From a virus (Duplodnaviria > Caudoviricetes), in IMG/VR virus record IMGVR_UViG_3300031990_000014, positions 1 to 42,707 of that record: a stretch of 42,707 bases of DNA; one strand, 5' to 3'. Position 1 is the stretch's first letter. Each line of letters opens with the position of its first letter. The notes below the pieces were generated by a model, which made no database searches, was not told where the DNA came from, and was given only the letters and a program-made list of their open reading frames with translations. This document shows positions 17,210 through 27,585 of the stretch, one piece after another. The position numbers were made by a program, and so were the translations under genes.

Positions 17210-19258
17210 CTATCCCCCGACAGACATTTCTAGGGTGACGGACGCTACGGTGACAGGCAGAGGGTCAGCGTTCCTGACCCACAGTTGTCCGTCTTGCGAC
17301 CACGCGCCGCCCAGCAGGATGTCCTCCACGCCAGTGTCCACGTCGGGCGCGTCGGCGCGGCGCTTGATAGGGCGCAGTCTGGACTCAGTTTGCCCGGCAT
17401 GCACGACGCCGGACCGATGCAGGCGCATCCACGCCTTGTTGATGTTGTAGGTCCTGCCCTGACCGGCGGACAGGTCGCGTGTGCGGATGATGGGCGGTAG
17501 CGTCTGGATGTCGGCCGTGATGGGCAGGCCAACGACCGCCCTGGATGTCGGGTAGTCCAGCGTGATGCGCCCGCCGGACACGGTGCGGCGCGGGTGGACG
17601 TCACCGTTGGCCAGAATGCCCACCTCCATCCCCTCGAGATGGGACAGCCCGCTGAGTGACGTCACCGCCGGGCCTTGATAGGTCAATCCGCTGTCGACGC
17701 AGACGGGGTCGACGCCTTCGCGCAGCAGGCGGGTTGCGAAGCGCTCGATGTAGCGTCTTGGCACGCCCGATACCGTTCGTCGCACGACGGCATAGAGCAC
17801 GTCCTCGGTGCCTTCAGAAACACAGGCAACCGACTCGAATGCGCCCGCGTGGGTGTCATGCGTGGCCCATGCGCCGACCCGCTCCTCAGGAACGTAGGTC
17901 AGGCTGCGCAGCTCTCCGTTGCTGGAGACGGCCCAGAGCACCGGCACGGGTGTGCGCTGGAATGCCATATCGGCGATGGTCAGCCCGTCGAACAGGTGCG
18001 GCGCGCGCAGGCACACGTTGCCGGTGACGTAGCCGGACGCCTGCCAGTTGAACGCCGCTTCGTGGATGTGGCCGCCACGCGCGGCAGCGAACAGGATGGT
18101 GTTGTTCACCAGCGCAGGCGTCACCGTCGATGCGCCTTTGTAGGACTGTGCGCGCACGGAGATGCTGGTTGGCGTGACCGCGTCGGAGTTCACCGAGGTG
18201 ACGCGCCACTCGCCGCTGTTCGTCAGCAGGACCAGGTCGACCAGCGGGGCGATGTGCTGAATGGCAATCAGGTCGCGGCTTGCGATACGGAAGGCAATGC
18301 GGTCTGTGTCTTTCGGGACGATGCTCGCCGCGATCACGGACTCGGTGCCGGTCTGTGTCATCCACAGGTTGCCCGGTCGGTTCAAGGTGCCGGCAAACAC
18401 GCGTCGCTGATCGAAGTAGCCGACGGACGAGGGGAAGTTGCCGGCATCGAGGAACGGCTGCTCGTACACCGGCGGCGTGAAGCCGATGTCGGGCGTGATG
18501 TTCGTGTCGGTGAATGACAGTCCGGCGGCGCTGCCAATCTGGCCGAACAGGCCGGCGCCCCCCGCCTGGCGATAGACGTTGTAGCGCGCCGCCCCGGCAA
18601 CGGACGCCCACGTGACGGTATTGAATCGCCCGGCCACGAAGAGGTCATTGTTGGCCGTGGCCTGCGCTGACGCCTGTGACTCCACGCCATCAGCGGTGAC
18701 GGCCGTCACCACGTAGTGGTAGGCAATCGGTCCCGCCGTGTTCGGCGTGGCCACCACGCCCGTGGGGGGCAGCATGGACGGCGCGAAAGGGATGACGCGA
18801 AGCTCCCACAGCAGAAGGCCGAGGCGCCGCAGCTCGCGCGGCGCGTGGTTCGGGTGCACCAGGGTGAGAACGTCCGCGCTCTGCACGTAGCGCAGGCCGA
18901 AAACCTCGCTTCCGGCGTACGGGGTGCCCACTTCGTAGGGCGTCGCGCCATCCAGCAGCGTGCCACCCTGCGTGTGGAATCGGACGTAGCGGTCCCCGAA
19001 CTCCAGGGCGAAGGTCTGCTCGACGGAGAACACGAACGGGAGCAGGCGCGTGGGCTGCTCGGACGACCTGGCCTCGCGGACGAACAGGGTCCCCGCGCGG
19101 CTTTGCGCTGGGCCGTGCGGCAGCGGGACGAAGTTGCGGATGCGAGCGGCCCCGTTCTGCCGGCGCGGGTCTTCCACCTGCCCGAAGAACTCTGGCGTGA
19201 CAACGCCCCCGTTGAAGCTTTGCGTGTGGAGCCTGGTATTCACCGGCCAGTAACCCAC
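17210..19258 (-). CDS. Tail tubular protein B / nozzle (start may be GTG ~19243)
   Basis: QSFNGGVVTPE, LEFGDRYVRF, YVQSADVL, FPSSVGYFDQRRVFAG motifs. Confidence 0.9.
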   Translation of the reverse strand: MGYWPVNTRLHTQSFNGGVVTPEFFGQVEDPRRQNGAARIRNFVPLPHGPAQSRAGTLFVREARSSEQPTRLLPFVFSVEQTFALEFGDRYVRFHTQGGTLLDGATPYEVGTPYAGSEVFGLRYVQSADVLTLVHPNHAPRELRRLGLLLWELRVIPFAPSMLPPTGVVATPNTAGPIAYHYVVTAVTADGVESQASAQATANNDLFVAGRFNTVTWASVAGAARYNVYRQAGGAGLFGQIGSAAGLSFTDTNITPDIGFTPPVYEQPFLDAGNFPSSVGYFDQRRVFAGTLNRPGNLWMTQTGTESVIAASIVPKDTDRIAFRIASRDLIAIQHIAPLVDLVLLTNSGEWRVTSVNSDAVTPTSISVRAQSYKGASTVTPALVNNTILFAAARGGHIHEAAFNWQASGYVTGNVCLRAPHLFDGLTIADMAFQRTPVPVLWAVSSNGELRSLTYVPEERVGAWATHDTHAGAFESVACVSEGTEDVLYAVVRRTVSGVPRRYIERFATRLLREGVDPVCVDSGLTYQGPAVTSLSGLSHLEGMEVGILANGDVHPRRTVSGGRITLDYPTSRAVVGLPITADIQTLPPIIRTRDLSAGQGRTYNINKAWMRLHRSGVVHAGQTESRLRPIKRRADAPDVDTGVEDILLGGAWSQDGQLWVRNADPLPVTVASVTLEMSVGG

Positions 19259-19863
19259 GGCGGGTCGCGGCGCCAGCGCACGGTGCCCTGGCCGACATCG
19301 CTCGAGACCGCGCGCCCGATGTACAGCGCCAGCATTTGCTCGCAGCGCTTGGCCTCGTCCCTGCCGACGTCGCCCTTGTAGATGGGGCCGGCCAGCATGG
19401 CGGCGAGCTTCCAGGTCAGCGCCTGCACGAACAGCGGGGGGAATGCGATTGCGTCAGCCACGCGACTCACGTAGCGCAGGACCGCTTGGGCAGCATGCGC
19501 GTAGACGCGCGGCACCGCGCCCGTGCCCAGCTCGATGGAGTAGGCCTCGGCGTGGTCTTCCTGCGGCTGCGTTGCGCTCACCATGAAGCCCGGGGCGCGC
19601 AGTCGCACGAGCCTCAGGCAATCGTCCGGCAGGGCATAGGCGTAGCTCCATGCCGGGTTGTCGCATGGCACGGGCGCGCCATCCACTGTGCGGATGGCGA
19701 AGGTCCAGTCGGCCGACTCGAGCACGACGTCGCGCGCGAGCGGATAGAAGCGCGCACACAGCTCGCCCTCAAACGAGAACTCGGGCGGGTCGATGCTGGA
19801 GACGTTGGCGTCCTGGCCGAGGTGGCCCAGTGCCAGATTGCAAATCTCGACGGCGGTCGTCAC
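19240..19863 (-). CDS. Tail tubular protein A / adaptor
   Basis: VEICNLALGHLG, WTFA, YAYALPDDCLR, FPPLFVQALTWKLA. Confidence 0.9.
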   Translation of the reverse strand: MTTAVEICNLALGHLGQDANVSSIDPPEFSFEGELCARFYPLARDVVLESADWTFAIRTVDGAPVPCDNPAWSYAYALPDDCLRLVRLRAPGFMVSATQPQEDHAEAYSIELGTGAVPRVYAHAAQAVLRYVSRVADAIAFPPLFVQALTWKLAAMLAGPIYKGDVGRDEAKRCEQMLALYIGRAVSSDVGQGTVRWRRDPPWVTGR

Positions 19864-19911
19864 AGGGCCTCCCCGTCCGGGGGGCGAGCGCCCCGGGCAG
19901 CTACTTCAAGG

Positions 19912-20103
19912 TCAAGCCGCTGGAGCAGCCTCGCTCGCGGGCTTGGCGCGCGGCTTTCGGTCGCCCGCCGCCGGCTCCGGCGCTGCGGGCTCGGCGGCTT
20001 CCGCCCAGCCTGGCATGGGCTCGCTGTCAGGGATCTCGAACACGTTCCCAGGGCGGCGCAGCGCGCCGCCGTAGAACCCCATCTCAAGCGCGCGCGCCAG
20101 CAA
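19912..20103 (-). CDS. Small head-associated hypothetical protein
   Basis: GFYGGALRRPGNVFEI motif; follows the cement gene directly. Confidence 0.65.
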   Translation of the reverse strand: MLARALEMGFYGGALRRPGNVFEIPDSEPMPGWAEAAEPAAPEPAAGDRKPRAKPASEAAPAA

Positions 20104-20104
20104 C

Positions 20105-20542
20105 TCAGTTCACCGCGTCAGGGAATGCGTGCCACGTCGGGGCATCCAGCACGATGGCCGCGTTGAACCTGCCCGCCGTCAGCGCGCCACCCACCAGCGT
20201 GTAGCGAATGCCGACGAAGCGCTCGAAGTTCGTCATGGCCGGGAGTGGCGTCCGGATGACCACGAAGCCAGGCACCAGCAGCGTGCGGAGAATGTCTGCC
20301 GTCTGCAGGTGGACGGTCGGGCTCACGTTCAGCGCGATCACGCTGTCGGATTCCAGGCTGAACCGCACATGCGTTGCCGTGCCGACTGCGGCCTCGGTGC
20401 AGGTGATGGCCAGCATGAGCTTGCCGGAGTCGTCCATGGACGTGAGCAAGGGGCCTGCGCCGAGATCCACCACGCGGGTGGAAATCCCCGTCGCCGTGAC
20501 GGCTTGGGCGACTGAAAACTCTGCCCGTGAATCGATGATCAT
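20105..20542 (-). CDS. Capsid cement/decoration protein (Bbp16-like)
   Basis: MIIDSRAEFSVAQAVTAT...STRVVDLG...ERFVGIRYT; follows the capsid gene. Confidence 0.85.
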   Translation of the reverse strand: MIIDSRAEFSVAQAVTATGISTRVVDLGAGPLLTSMDDSGKLMLAITCTEAAVGTATHVRFSLESDSVIALNVSPTVHLQTADILRTLLVPGFVVIRTPLPAMTNFERFVGIRYTLVGGALTAGRFNAAIVLDAPTWHAFPDAVN

Positions 20543-20551
20543 GGCTCCCCC

Positions 20552-21562
20552 TTAGACGAGCGGTACGACAGCTTCGGTGGAAAGAATGGCGTCCGTGCGG
20601 TAAACCGGCACCTCACCAAAGGTGAGCACGCGCTTGCCGGCGACCATCTCCATGGACAGGGTCGAAGCCGCCACGCGGGCGACCGTCTGCTGCCTCAGGA
20701 ACGACCGCACCAGGCGGTTGCAGTAAAACGCCGGCCGACCCATGCCAAGGTTCGGGACCATCTCCAGTGCCTGCGTCATCAGGTTGATGATGTCGGCGCC
20801 GGCCGCCGCGTTGTGCGTCAGCGTGCTGGTCCGGATGTTGGCCACACGGACGACGAAGCGCCAGTCGCGGACGGTCAGCCCGCAGTTCCACTTGTAGTGC
20901 GTCCGGTAGGCCTCCATGCGGCCGCCGTTGCCGTCGGTGTTCTCGACCGTCACCTGACCCTTGTCGTCGACTGACAGTCCAGCAGACGAGCCCTTCGGGT
21001 AGATGCCATGGACGGTGTTGGAGCCCCAGACCACCAGCCACACGCTGGTGTTGTCAGTGCCAGCCGGGGACGGCATGGAGATGATGTTCTCGGCGTTGCC
21101 GGCGCCCACGCGCGTGTTGAAGCGCGGAGCGAAGCCGGTGAAGGCTTCAGGCTGCGTGCCTTCGTTGCCGTAGAACAGCGTGCGGGCCATCTCCTGGTTC
21201 ATGCCCTCAAGGAAGGCGCGGTCTTCGGAGAGCCGGAACTCGGCGGTGTTGCCGTTCAGGTCGGCCAGCGCCTTGTCCACCTCGGCATAGGCCTCGAGCA
21301 TGCCGGTCGTGTCAGTCACCTGGGCGGTGGTTGAGCGCGCCGGCTGGACGCCGCCGTAGAGCTTCCTCCACGTTGGCGCCGGCAGGCCCGTTCGGATGGT
21401 GGTCCGGTGGCCCGTGGGCAAGTTGCCCTCTTCCCAGCTCATGGACAGCAGAACCTCGTTGGTCTGCTCCAGCAGCTCGGTGATCTTGGCAATGCTGCCG
21501 TCGGGGTCCAGCCGGGTTGCGACTTCCCGAAGGGTGGGGTGCGTGGTTGCCAGCGCGGTCAT
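20552..21562 (-). CDS. Major capsid protein
   Basis: ELLEQTNEVL, GHRTTIRTGLP, LEAYAEVDKALADLNGN, GLTVRDWRFVVRVANI (BPP-1/epsilon15-type). Confidence 0.95.
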   Translation of the reverse strand: MTALATTHPTLREVATRLDPDGSIAKITELLEQTNEVLLSMSWEEGNLPTGHRTTIRTGLPAPTWRKLYGGVQPARSTTAQVTDTTGMLEAYAEVDKALADLNGNTAEFRLSEDRAFLEGMNQEMARTLFYGNEGTQPEAFTGFAPRFNTRVGAGNAENIISMPSPAGTDNTSVWLVVWGSNTVHGIYPKGSSAGLSVDDKGQVTVENTDGNGGRMEAYRTHYKWNCGLTVRDWRFVVRVANIRTSTLTHNAAAGADIINLMTQALEMVPNLGMGRPAFYCNRLVRSFLRQQTVARVAASTLSMEMVAGKRVLTFGEVPVYRTDAILSTEAVVPLV

Positions 21563-21578
21563 TCGCTTCTACTCCTGC

Positions 21579-22190
21579 TTACCGTGGTGCCATCGTGGGG
21601 TAAAGGACTTGCGCGGCGGTTTTGGGCTGGGCCGCCGGCTTGCCCGTCAGCACCGCATCCTCGGAAATCGCGCGGCCCATGCGAACGAACAGGCCGACAA
21701 CTTCCGGGTGGTTGCCGATGCCGGTCTCGTTCAGCATCTGCTTGAATGCTGGCGTGCCGAACTGGTCAAGCGCGCGCTTGGCCACGGCAAGGTTTTCTTC
21801 GAGCTTCGCCCCACCAAACTCGGCGCTGGCGCGCGTCTCTTCTGCCCACGTCTCGCGGGCCGCGTCGACCAGTGCTTGCTGGCGCGCATCCAAGGCGGGC
21901 GCGACTTTTTCGAGAAGCGCCTGCGCTGCTTCCTGCGACAGGCCGGCATCGCGGGCTGCGCTGGAGAAGGTCGACAGGACTTCCGGGTCGTATTCCTTGC
22001 CTTCCGGCGCCTTGAACTCGTAGGCCTCGGGCGCGTCGGCCTTGGGCTCTTCAGCCGGCTTGGCGTCTGCGTCGGCGACCGCGTCGGCCTTGGTCGCGTC
22101 TGCGGCAGGCGCAGGCGCAGGCGTCAGCAGCGTGTCAGTCGCTGTCGCTGGCTCGCTCGAGGATTGCGTTTCGGGTTCGTTCGCGCTCAT
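21579..22190 (-). CDS. Scaffolding protein
   Basis: APEAYEFKAPEG, GLSQEAAQ, GIGNHPEVV...GRAISED; directly upstream of the capsid gene. Confidence 0.85.
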   Translation of the reverse strand: MSANEPETQSSSEPATATDTLLTPAPAPAADATKADAVADADAKPAEEPKADAPEAYEFKAPEGKEYDPEVLSTFSSAARDAGLSQEAAQALLEKVAPALDARQQALVDAARETWAEETRASAEFGGAKLEENLAVAKRALDQFGTPAFKQMLNETGIGNHPEVVGLFVRMGRAISEDAVLTGKPAAQPKTAAQVLYPTMAPR

Positions 22191-22488
22191 TCGCCTCCTC
22201 CATCATCAAGGCCAGCGCCTTGGGGTAACGGCTCACCGCCTCGACAAGTCTCAAACCGTCTTCCCGCTGCCCGAGCACGAACGCCATGCGCACGGGCTCG
22301 GGGTCGAACGCCGAGCGGAACACATGCGCCCGGGACAGCTTCCGCCACACCACCCGCCGGCCTTGGTCGCTGGCCAGCAGCCACAGCAGGTCGGCCTCTT
22401 CCTCAGCCGCGTCCTGGGCCGCGAACTCTGCCTGCAGTTTGCGGCGCGCCCTCGCGCTCGCGGTATCGGGCCAGGCGTCAGGCTCCAC
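22135..22488 (-). CDS. Bbp19-like head protein
   Basis: DLLWLLASDQGRRVVWR...MAFVLGQREDGL motif. Confidence 0.8.
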   Translation of the reverse strand: MEPDAWPDTASARARRKLQAEFAAQDAAEEEADLLWLLASDQGRRVVWRKLSRAHVFRSAFDPEPVRMAFVLGQREDGLRLVEAVSRYPKALALMMEEANERERTRNAILERASDSD

Positions 22489-22569
22489 TCATTGCCCCAC
22501 ACAAACACGCACCACCCATGGATAGCACAACCCTATCGGCCGCGCAAATCACCCCGCCGCGCGATCTCG

Positions 22570-23706
22570 TCATGCGGGGAGGCTCGTGTCGGTGGTCGGG
22601 GCCTGCTGCCCGCTCGCGGCCCAGTTGACGCCGAAGTAGTCCGTGAGGCGCTGCCGCACGAAAAGGTCGTCGGCACGCGACGGGCTGGCGCCAGGCGCTG
22701 GCAGTTCGAAGCCGACCACAGCGAAGTACCGCCCGCACATGCGCTCCGATTGGGGTCGCGAGAAGGGGATGAATATCGCGGCATGGTCTCCGGCCCCAAG
22801 GTCATTGACTGCGGGGTTCACGAACACGTCCTGCACAGGCCCCTCCACGAGGCCGGCCGTCTGGCCCACTTGGCTGAAAATGCTCGCGCGCCCGCCGCCA
22901 CCGGCCATGCGGCCATCGGCAATAATCCTCAGCATCTGCGGCGCGTCCGGGTTTGCCAGACGGACGCCTGACTGCCATCCGGCGATAAGCGCGTTAAGCG
23001 CTGCAGCCGGCGGGGCTGGGTTGATCAACTCCGTGCCCCACGACGGCGGGGCGCCAGTGGCGACCCAGTCGGTCCGGAACAAGGCAATGCTCCGATGCCC
23101 ATCATCAGCATTGCCCACCACCTGCAAAACGGGCTGGTGGTGAAAAACACTGTAGCCCTCGTTGAAATGGCGGAATAGCACATACCACACCATGCCGCGC
23201 GATGGGTTAGGCGCAAATTCCCCGCATGCAGAGCTGCTGACGCCGCTCATTAGGTTGCCGTAAGCGGCGCGCCACTCGCACGCCCCTTCGGCGTGGGTCA
23301 GCGCAACGTGCGCGTCGGCAATGTTTTCTTTCCGGCGCCACACTGCTCGCCCCGTTATCGAAACGTGGGTATAAAAAATCCCACCGAAGCCAGCCGACCC
23401 GGTCAAATGCTCTGGGTCAAGCGCCTCCCCCGGATAACCACACGACACCAGCTCGCCATCGCGCGGCGGCGTCCGGTATCGCACGCCTGCCGAGCTGGAC
23501 GCCGCCCACTGGTAATTCGCGGCGTGCGCCGTGCTGCCGTAGTTAATCAGCGTCTTGATGCGCATGGACTGCAGGCTCGAAAAATCGAGATTCAGCCGCG
23601 CATAGGTCGGGGCGCTCACACGGCGGGAGATAGATCGCCTCAAGTGAAATACCTCTTGGTTGCAAGCGGCTTGCCCGGGTAGAGCTGAACCCCTATGGCC
23701 AGGCAC
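22570..23706 (-). CDS. Hypothetical protein (start uncertain)
   Basis: Long ORF, aromatic/beta-rich. The N-terminus overlaps the upstream gene; alternative ATG at 23565. Confidence 0.6.
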   Translation of the reverse strand: MPGHRGSALPGQAACNQEVFHLRRSISRRVSAPTYARLNLDFSSLQSMRIKTLINYGSTAHAANYQWAASSSAGVRYRTPPRDGELVSCGYPGEALDPEHLTGSAGFGGIFYTHVSITGRAVWRRKENIADAHVALTHAEGACEWRAAYGNLMSGVSSSACGEFAPNPSRGMVWYVLFRHFNEGYSVFHHQPVLQVVGNADDGHRSIALFRTDWVATGAPPSWGTELINPAPPAAALNALIAGWQSGVRLANPDAPQMLRIIADGRMAGGGGRASIFSQVGQTAGLVEGPVQDVFVNPAVNDLGAGDHAAIFIPFSRPQSERMCGRYFAVVGFELPAPGASPSRADDLFVRQRLTDYFGVNWAASGQQAPTTDTSLPA

Positions 23707-25448
23707 TCAGTTTGGGCGGCCGGGAACGGGAGCTGGATGTAAAACATCCGGCCATCGCCCCTTCTGTACCTCATCATCCGGAACGGGTGGAACTCAACCT
23801 GATCAAGGCTGACTGCGACGCCAGACATCGACACGACGGACGGCCCGTCGAGGTCGTCCCGGTCGAAGAAAATCGTCTGCGGCTGGCCCGCTGTGTTCAG
23901 ATCCCCGATGCCGACCGGACGGACGAATCGCCCGTCATTCGCGTGGCCGGGACAAATCAGCCGAATCATGTTGTGGCCAAACAGGCTGAAGAACGCGCTG
24001 GGCATCAGGTCCATGCCGGTCGCCAGCGGGAAGGCCACGCACGACACCAGCGGCATGCCGATGCGCGTGATCGTCCCGGCGTTTCGGTCGATGACGATGT
24101 CGGCGCCCCCAACCCGCCACGGGCCTTGCTGGCCGGCGCTCACGTACCGCTCCAGGCGACACGAGACCGGCGTGGAAGACGTCATCAGCGCGTTCTCACA
24201 GGCGCCTGAAATGAGCTCCAGCACCCCCGCCCCCGCGTTCGGCTGCGTCGGCCCCCACCACGCGATGACGCGATTGTGGTAGGCGTGTGCCGGACTTTCA
24301 CAGACAACACGGGCCAGCTGGAACGTGCCGCTGGTGAAGCCGGCTTGCGTGAAGTTCAGGGTTCCAGTGCCGCCACCGCCGTTCGCGGTGACCCTCGTTG
24401 GCGTGAACGAGACCAGCACGAACCCTGACGCCGGCAACTTGCTGGCCGCGTCCGAGCTGAACATCGCGCGGGGCTGCCCGCCGGCGAAGTTGTTGTAAGG
24501 CGATGGGCTGGTGCCGATGTCGCCGAACAGCCCAGCGCGGGCGCTCATCGGGGCGACGTTGTCGGTGGACGACACCTGCCACGGATGCTGTGGCGATTGG
24601 CGCACGGCCTGGCCTTGAAATATTCGGTCTTGCCCCTCGACCCCGATGCAATGCAGCAGCTCGTGCCCAAGCGGAACCGTCGGCTCGGCTGGGTTTACGA
24701 TGCTGCGAATACCAATCTCGGGCGAGAACAGGTCCCATAGGCTAGCGCCGCCGTGCGTATAGGGCTGCGCTGGAATGTTGTGGTGCCCGCCATTGCCGCC
24801 CCACGCCATGGGGGAATACGGGCCGGCCACGTTGCGGTATCGATACCAGAAACGATAGATGTCCTCCGTGAGCTCGGCGTTGGGGTAGCTCGTCCCTTCC
24901 GTTACCTTCGTCAACCGCACGGTGACGCTCGGCAACACCTCGTTACTGAAAATCTGGAAGATCTGCGAGTCACGGTAGAAGTAAATGCGCGAATCGTCGT
25001 AACCGCGCACGCAAACGGACCGCTCGTTGGGTGAGGCGACCCCGTCGATCTGGATGTTGAACCAGTCGCCCACGATGATGTCCGGGTCCAGTCGCGGGTT
25101 GTAGCCTGAAATCTCGATGGATGATTGCGCGCGATTGAATGTGACCGTGCGCCCAGTCAGCACAATCGAGGCGGGCAGATACCCGCCCATGCACATGGTG
25201 CCCGGCACCGCCACTGACGGGCGGACGCGCGGGAACGTCCACTCTCTGTAATCAAGCCAGCGCGTGACGCCATCGGACCACCGCGTGCCGCGCAGCGTGC
25301 GGCTCACTGGGTCGTTCACGCGCTGCGGCACCGCCTCGCCATTCATGCCGACGCCGTTGAAAATGTCGAACGCATCCCCGTTGTTCGGGGGCGGCCACCG
25401 CTCGAAGGCGCGGAACTTGGGCTGAACGAGCAACGGCATCACTGCCAC
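23640..25448 (-). CDS. Hypothetical beta-rich protein (602 aa), possibly virion-associated
   Basis: Long ORF with protein-like composition and no recognised family. Confidence 0.7.
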   Translation of the reverse strand: MAVMPLLVQPKFRAFERWPPPNNGDAFDIFNGVGMNGEAVPQRVNDPVSRTLRGTRWSDGVTRWLDYREWTFPRVRPSVAVPGTMCMGGYLPASIVLTGRTVTFNRAQSSIEISGYNPRLDPDIIVGDWFNIQIDGVASPNERSVCVRGYDDSRIYFYRDSQIFQIFSNEVLPSVTVRLTKVTEGTSYPNAELTEDIYRFWYRYRNVAGPYSPMAWGGNGGHHNIPAQPYTHGGASLWDLFSPEIGIRSIVNPAEPTVPLGHELLHCIGVEGQDRIFQGQAVRQSPQHPWQVSSTDNVAPMSARAGLFGDIGTSPSPYNNFAGGQPRAMFSSDAASKLPASGFVLVSFTPTRVTANGGGGTGTLNFTQAGFTSGTFQLARVVCESPAHAYHNRVIAWWGPTQPNAGAGVLELISGACENALMTSSTPVSCRLERYVSAGQQGPWRVGGADIVIDRNAGTITRIGMPLVSCVAFPLATGMDLMPSAFFSLFGHNMIRLICPGHANDGRFVRPVGIGDLNTAGQPQTIFFDRDDLDGPSVVSMSGVAVSLDQVEFHPFRMMRYRRGDGRMFYIQLPFPAAQTECLAIGVQLYPGKPLATKRYFT

Positions 25449-25909
25449 TCCAAGAAGACGTCAACGGTGCCAGACTCGGCAATCACGTCCGAGTCGATCC
25501 ACAGCGACTGAATGCCACCGGCCACAGAAAACTCGTAGAAGTCCAGCCCACCGCCCGGGGTCGTGTACGCGCGAAGCAAGCTCGCGGAGCCCACAAATGA
25601 ATCCTGACGCATCTGCGTCGCAGCCTCGGCTTGCGTAGCCGCGTTGAGACAGAACCGCACCACCTTGGCAGTCGGGGCTGACGAGCGCACGACAACACTC
25701 AGCACCCGGAATGCGTTCGCCGCGTTAAAGGCGATTACCGCCGTGGGAAACCCGCCGGTGTCGGTCCGCAGCGGATTCGTCCGCTGGGCGAAGGCCGCCG
25801 CGTTGAGCGTCCCGCCGCCGGCATCAGTCATCAGGCGGCCATCCGCGTCAACACGGACCCGCCGGTTCACCCCCGTCTCGGTCAACCCCCAAAGTTCTGT
25901 ACTCAGCAC
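25439..25909 (-). CDS. Hypothetical protein (156 aa)
   Basis: Starts 2 nt after the portal stop; RBS-like AGGAGG lies in the end of the portal gene. Confidence 0.7.
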   Translation of the reverse strand: MLSTELWGLTETGVNRRVRVDADGRLMTDAGGGTLNAAAFAQRTNPLRTDTGGFPTAVIAFNAANAFRVLSVVVRSSAPTAKVVRFCLNAATQAEAATQMRQDSFVGSASLLRAYTTPGGGLDFYEFSVAGGIQSLWIDSDVIAESGTVDVFLEWQ

Positions 25910-25910
25910 G

Positions 25911-27584
25911 TCAGCCTCCTTGCGGCGTCGTGTAGCCGCTGAACATTTGAATCACGTCGGTCAGGGCGTTCGGCTGGTCGGTGCGCGCGGCGCCGAGGTC
26001 ACGCGCCACCTTGGCCTGCTGCGCCATCTGCTCGGCCTGCGCGGCCGCCTGCTGCGCCTCGGCGCGCTGCTGGCGAATGATGGCCACGCGCTCGCCCGGC
26101 ACAATCAGGTCCGGGTCGACGCCCAGCATGTCCGCGTACGCGTCGACCCAGCGGTCGGCGTCCAGCTTGTCCAGCGCCTCGGGCTTGAACTGCGCCACGG
26201 CGCCGAGGTTGGCGACGAAGCGGTCGATGCTGGTGGTTGCCACCGCCCGCTGCGCCTGCGCCAGCATGGAGACGAACTCGACCGACAGCTCGCGACCCTG
26301 CAGGTCGGGCGGCGGCGGCGGGATGGTGCCTGTGTCGGCCATGGCGTCGAAGGCCAGGTCAATCAGCGGGGACAGCAGCTCGGAGTGCAGGCGCTCGAGC
26401 ACTGGCCCCAGCATCAGCAGCTTCTCCTCGTGCCGCTCGGCCACCTCGGTGGCCGTCATCTGCCGGCGGTCGCTCGATGCCAGCATCAGGAACAGGTCGG
26501 CGTAGAACGACTCACGAATCCGCGTGCGGGTGTCCTGGATATCCATCAGCAGTCCGTTGAGGTCCAGTCGGACTTGCCACACGGGGCGGATGACCTGCCC
26601 TGATTGCTGGCCGTCATGGTAGGACACGCCGCCGGGCAGCAGGTCAACGCCATTGCCGGCCATCGAGGCCGGGGCCTCCACGGGCGGCATCGTCTGGTAG
26701 TCGATGGCCTGCGCCTTGCGCCGGTGCAGGTGCTGGAGTGCGCGCACGTCGCCCAGCGACTCATGCCCAGGCCCGGTGCCGTACACGTCGCCGCCGGACG
26801 TCACCCAGCGCGGTGCCACCGCCGGGAATCGCCGATAGCCCGACTCGCGCAGGAACTCGCGGGTCTGGTCGCCGGGCTCGAAATACACGCTGCGCCACGG
26901 CATGTTGCGGGCGTCCCGCCGGCGCACATCGCGGTCGGCGCGCGGCTCGATGGCGTGCGCGACAACTACGCCGGAGACGAGGTTGCCCGTGCGCCAGCGT
27001 CGGCTCACCGACGGGCTGACGGACTCGAGACCGAACTGCCCCACCAGCTCACCAACCGTCATCTCGAACTGCCGATAGAGCGTGGTCACTTGGCCGAGGT
27101 GGTCCGTGGCAATGGCGTACTGCCCGGCCGTCAGCGGGTGATGCCAGACCACATGCTCGAAGTCTGGCGTGACCAGGTTCGCCGCCGTGCCGTACAGCGC
27201 CAGCTCCTCGTAGACCGAGTGCAGCGCGCGGTAGGTGTTGCCGGCGCCGAACAGCATCAGCATGCGGCGCTGAACGTCAGCCAGCCAGCGCTTGATGGAG
27301 TCCGACTCATCAAGCTCCGGGTCGGTCGTCGTCAACCGGAACCACGGCCTGGCCGGGCTCGTCATGCCGGCCATCATGCCGGCCGCCAGCGTGCGCAAAG
27401 CGCGGATGCCGGACGAGTCCAGAATCTCCTGGTGCCGCCGCCGGCTGTCATTGCGCTCGCTGGGCTGGAACTGGCCGGTGTGCGGCAGGTAGGCGTCCGA
27501 CAGGTCCTGCCAGCGGGCACGGTGCCCGCTCTGCTCGGTCCGTAGCCCTTGCCAGCGCTTGGTGTAGTCGCGCCGGGTCGTCAC
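25911..27584 (-). CDS. Portal (head-tail connector) protein
   Basis: LAAGMMAGMTSPARPWFRL, YGTGPG, MTATEVAERHEEKLLMLGPVLERL, EFVSMLAQAQR. Confidence 0.95.
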   Translation of the reverse strand: MTTRRDYTKRWQGLRTEQSGHRARWQDLSDAYLPHTGQFQPSERNDSRRRHQEILDSSGIRALRTLAAGMMAGMTSPARPWFRLTTTDPELDESDSIKRWLADVQRRMLMLFGAGNTYRALHSVYEELALYGTAANLVTPDFEHVVWHHPLTAGQYAIATDHLGQVTTLYRQFEMTVGELVGQFGLESVSPSVSRRWRTGNLVSGVVVAHAIEPRADRDVRRRDARNMPWRSVYFEPGDQTREFLRESGYRRFPAVAPRWVTSGGDVYGTGPGHESLGDVRALQHLHRRKAQAIDYQTMPPVEAPASMAGNGVDLLPGGVSYHDGQQSGQVIRPVWQVRLDLNGLLMDIQDTRTRIRESFYADLFLMLASSDRRQMTATEVAERHEEKLLMLGPVLERLHSELLSPLIDLAFDAMADTGTIPPPPPDLQGRELSVEFVSMLAQAQRAVATTSIDRFVANLGAVAQFKPEALDKLDADRWVDAYADMLGVDPDLIVPGERVAIIRQQRAEAQQAAAQAEQMAQQAKVARDLGAARTDQPNALTDVIQMFSGYTTPQGG

Positions 27585-27585
27585 G

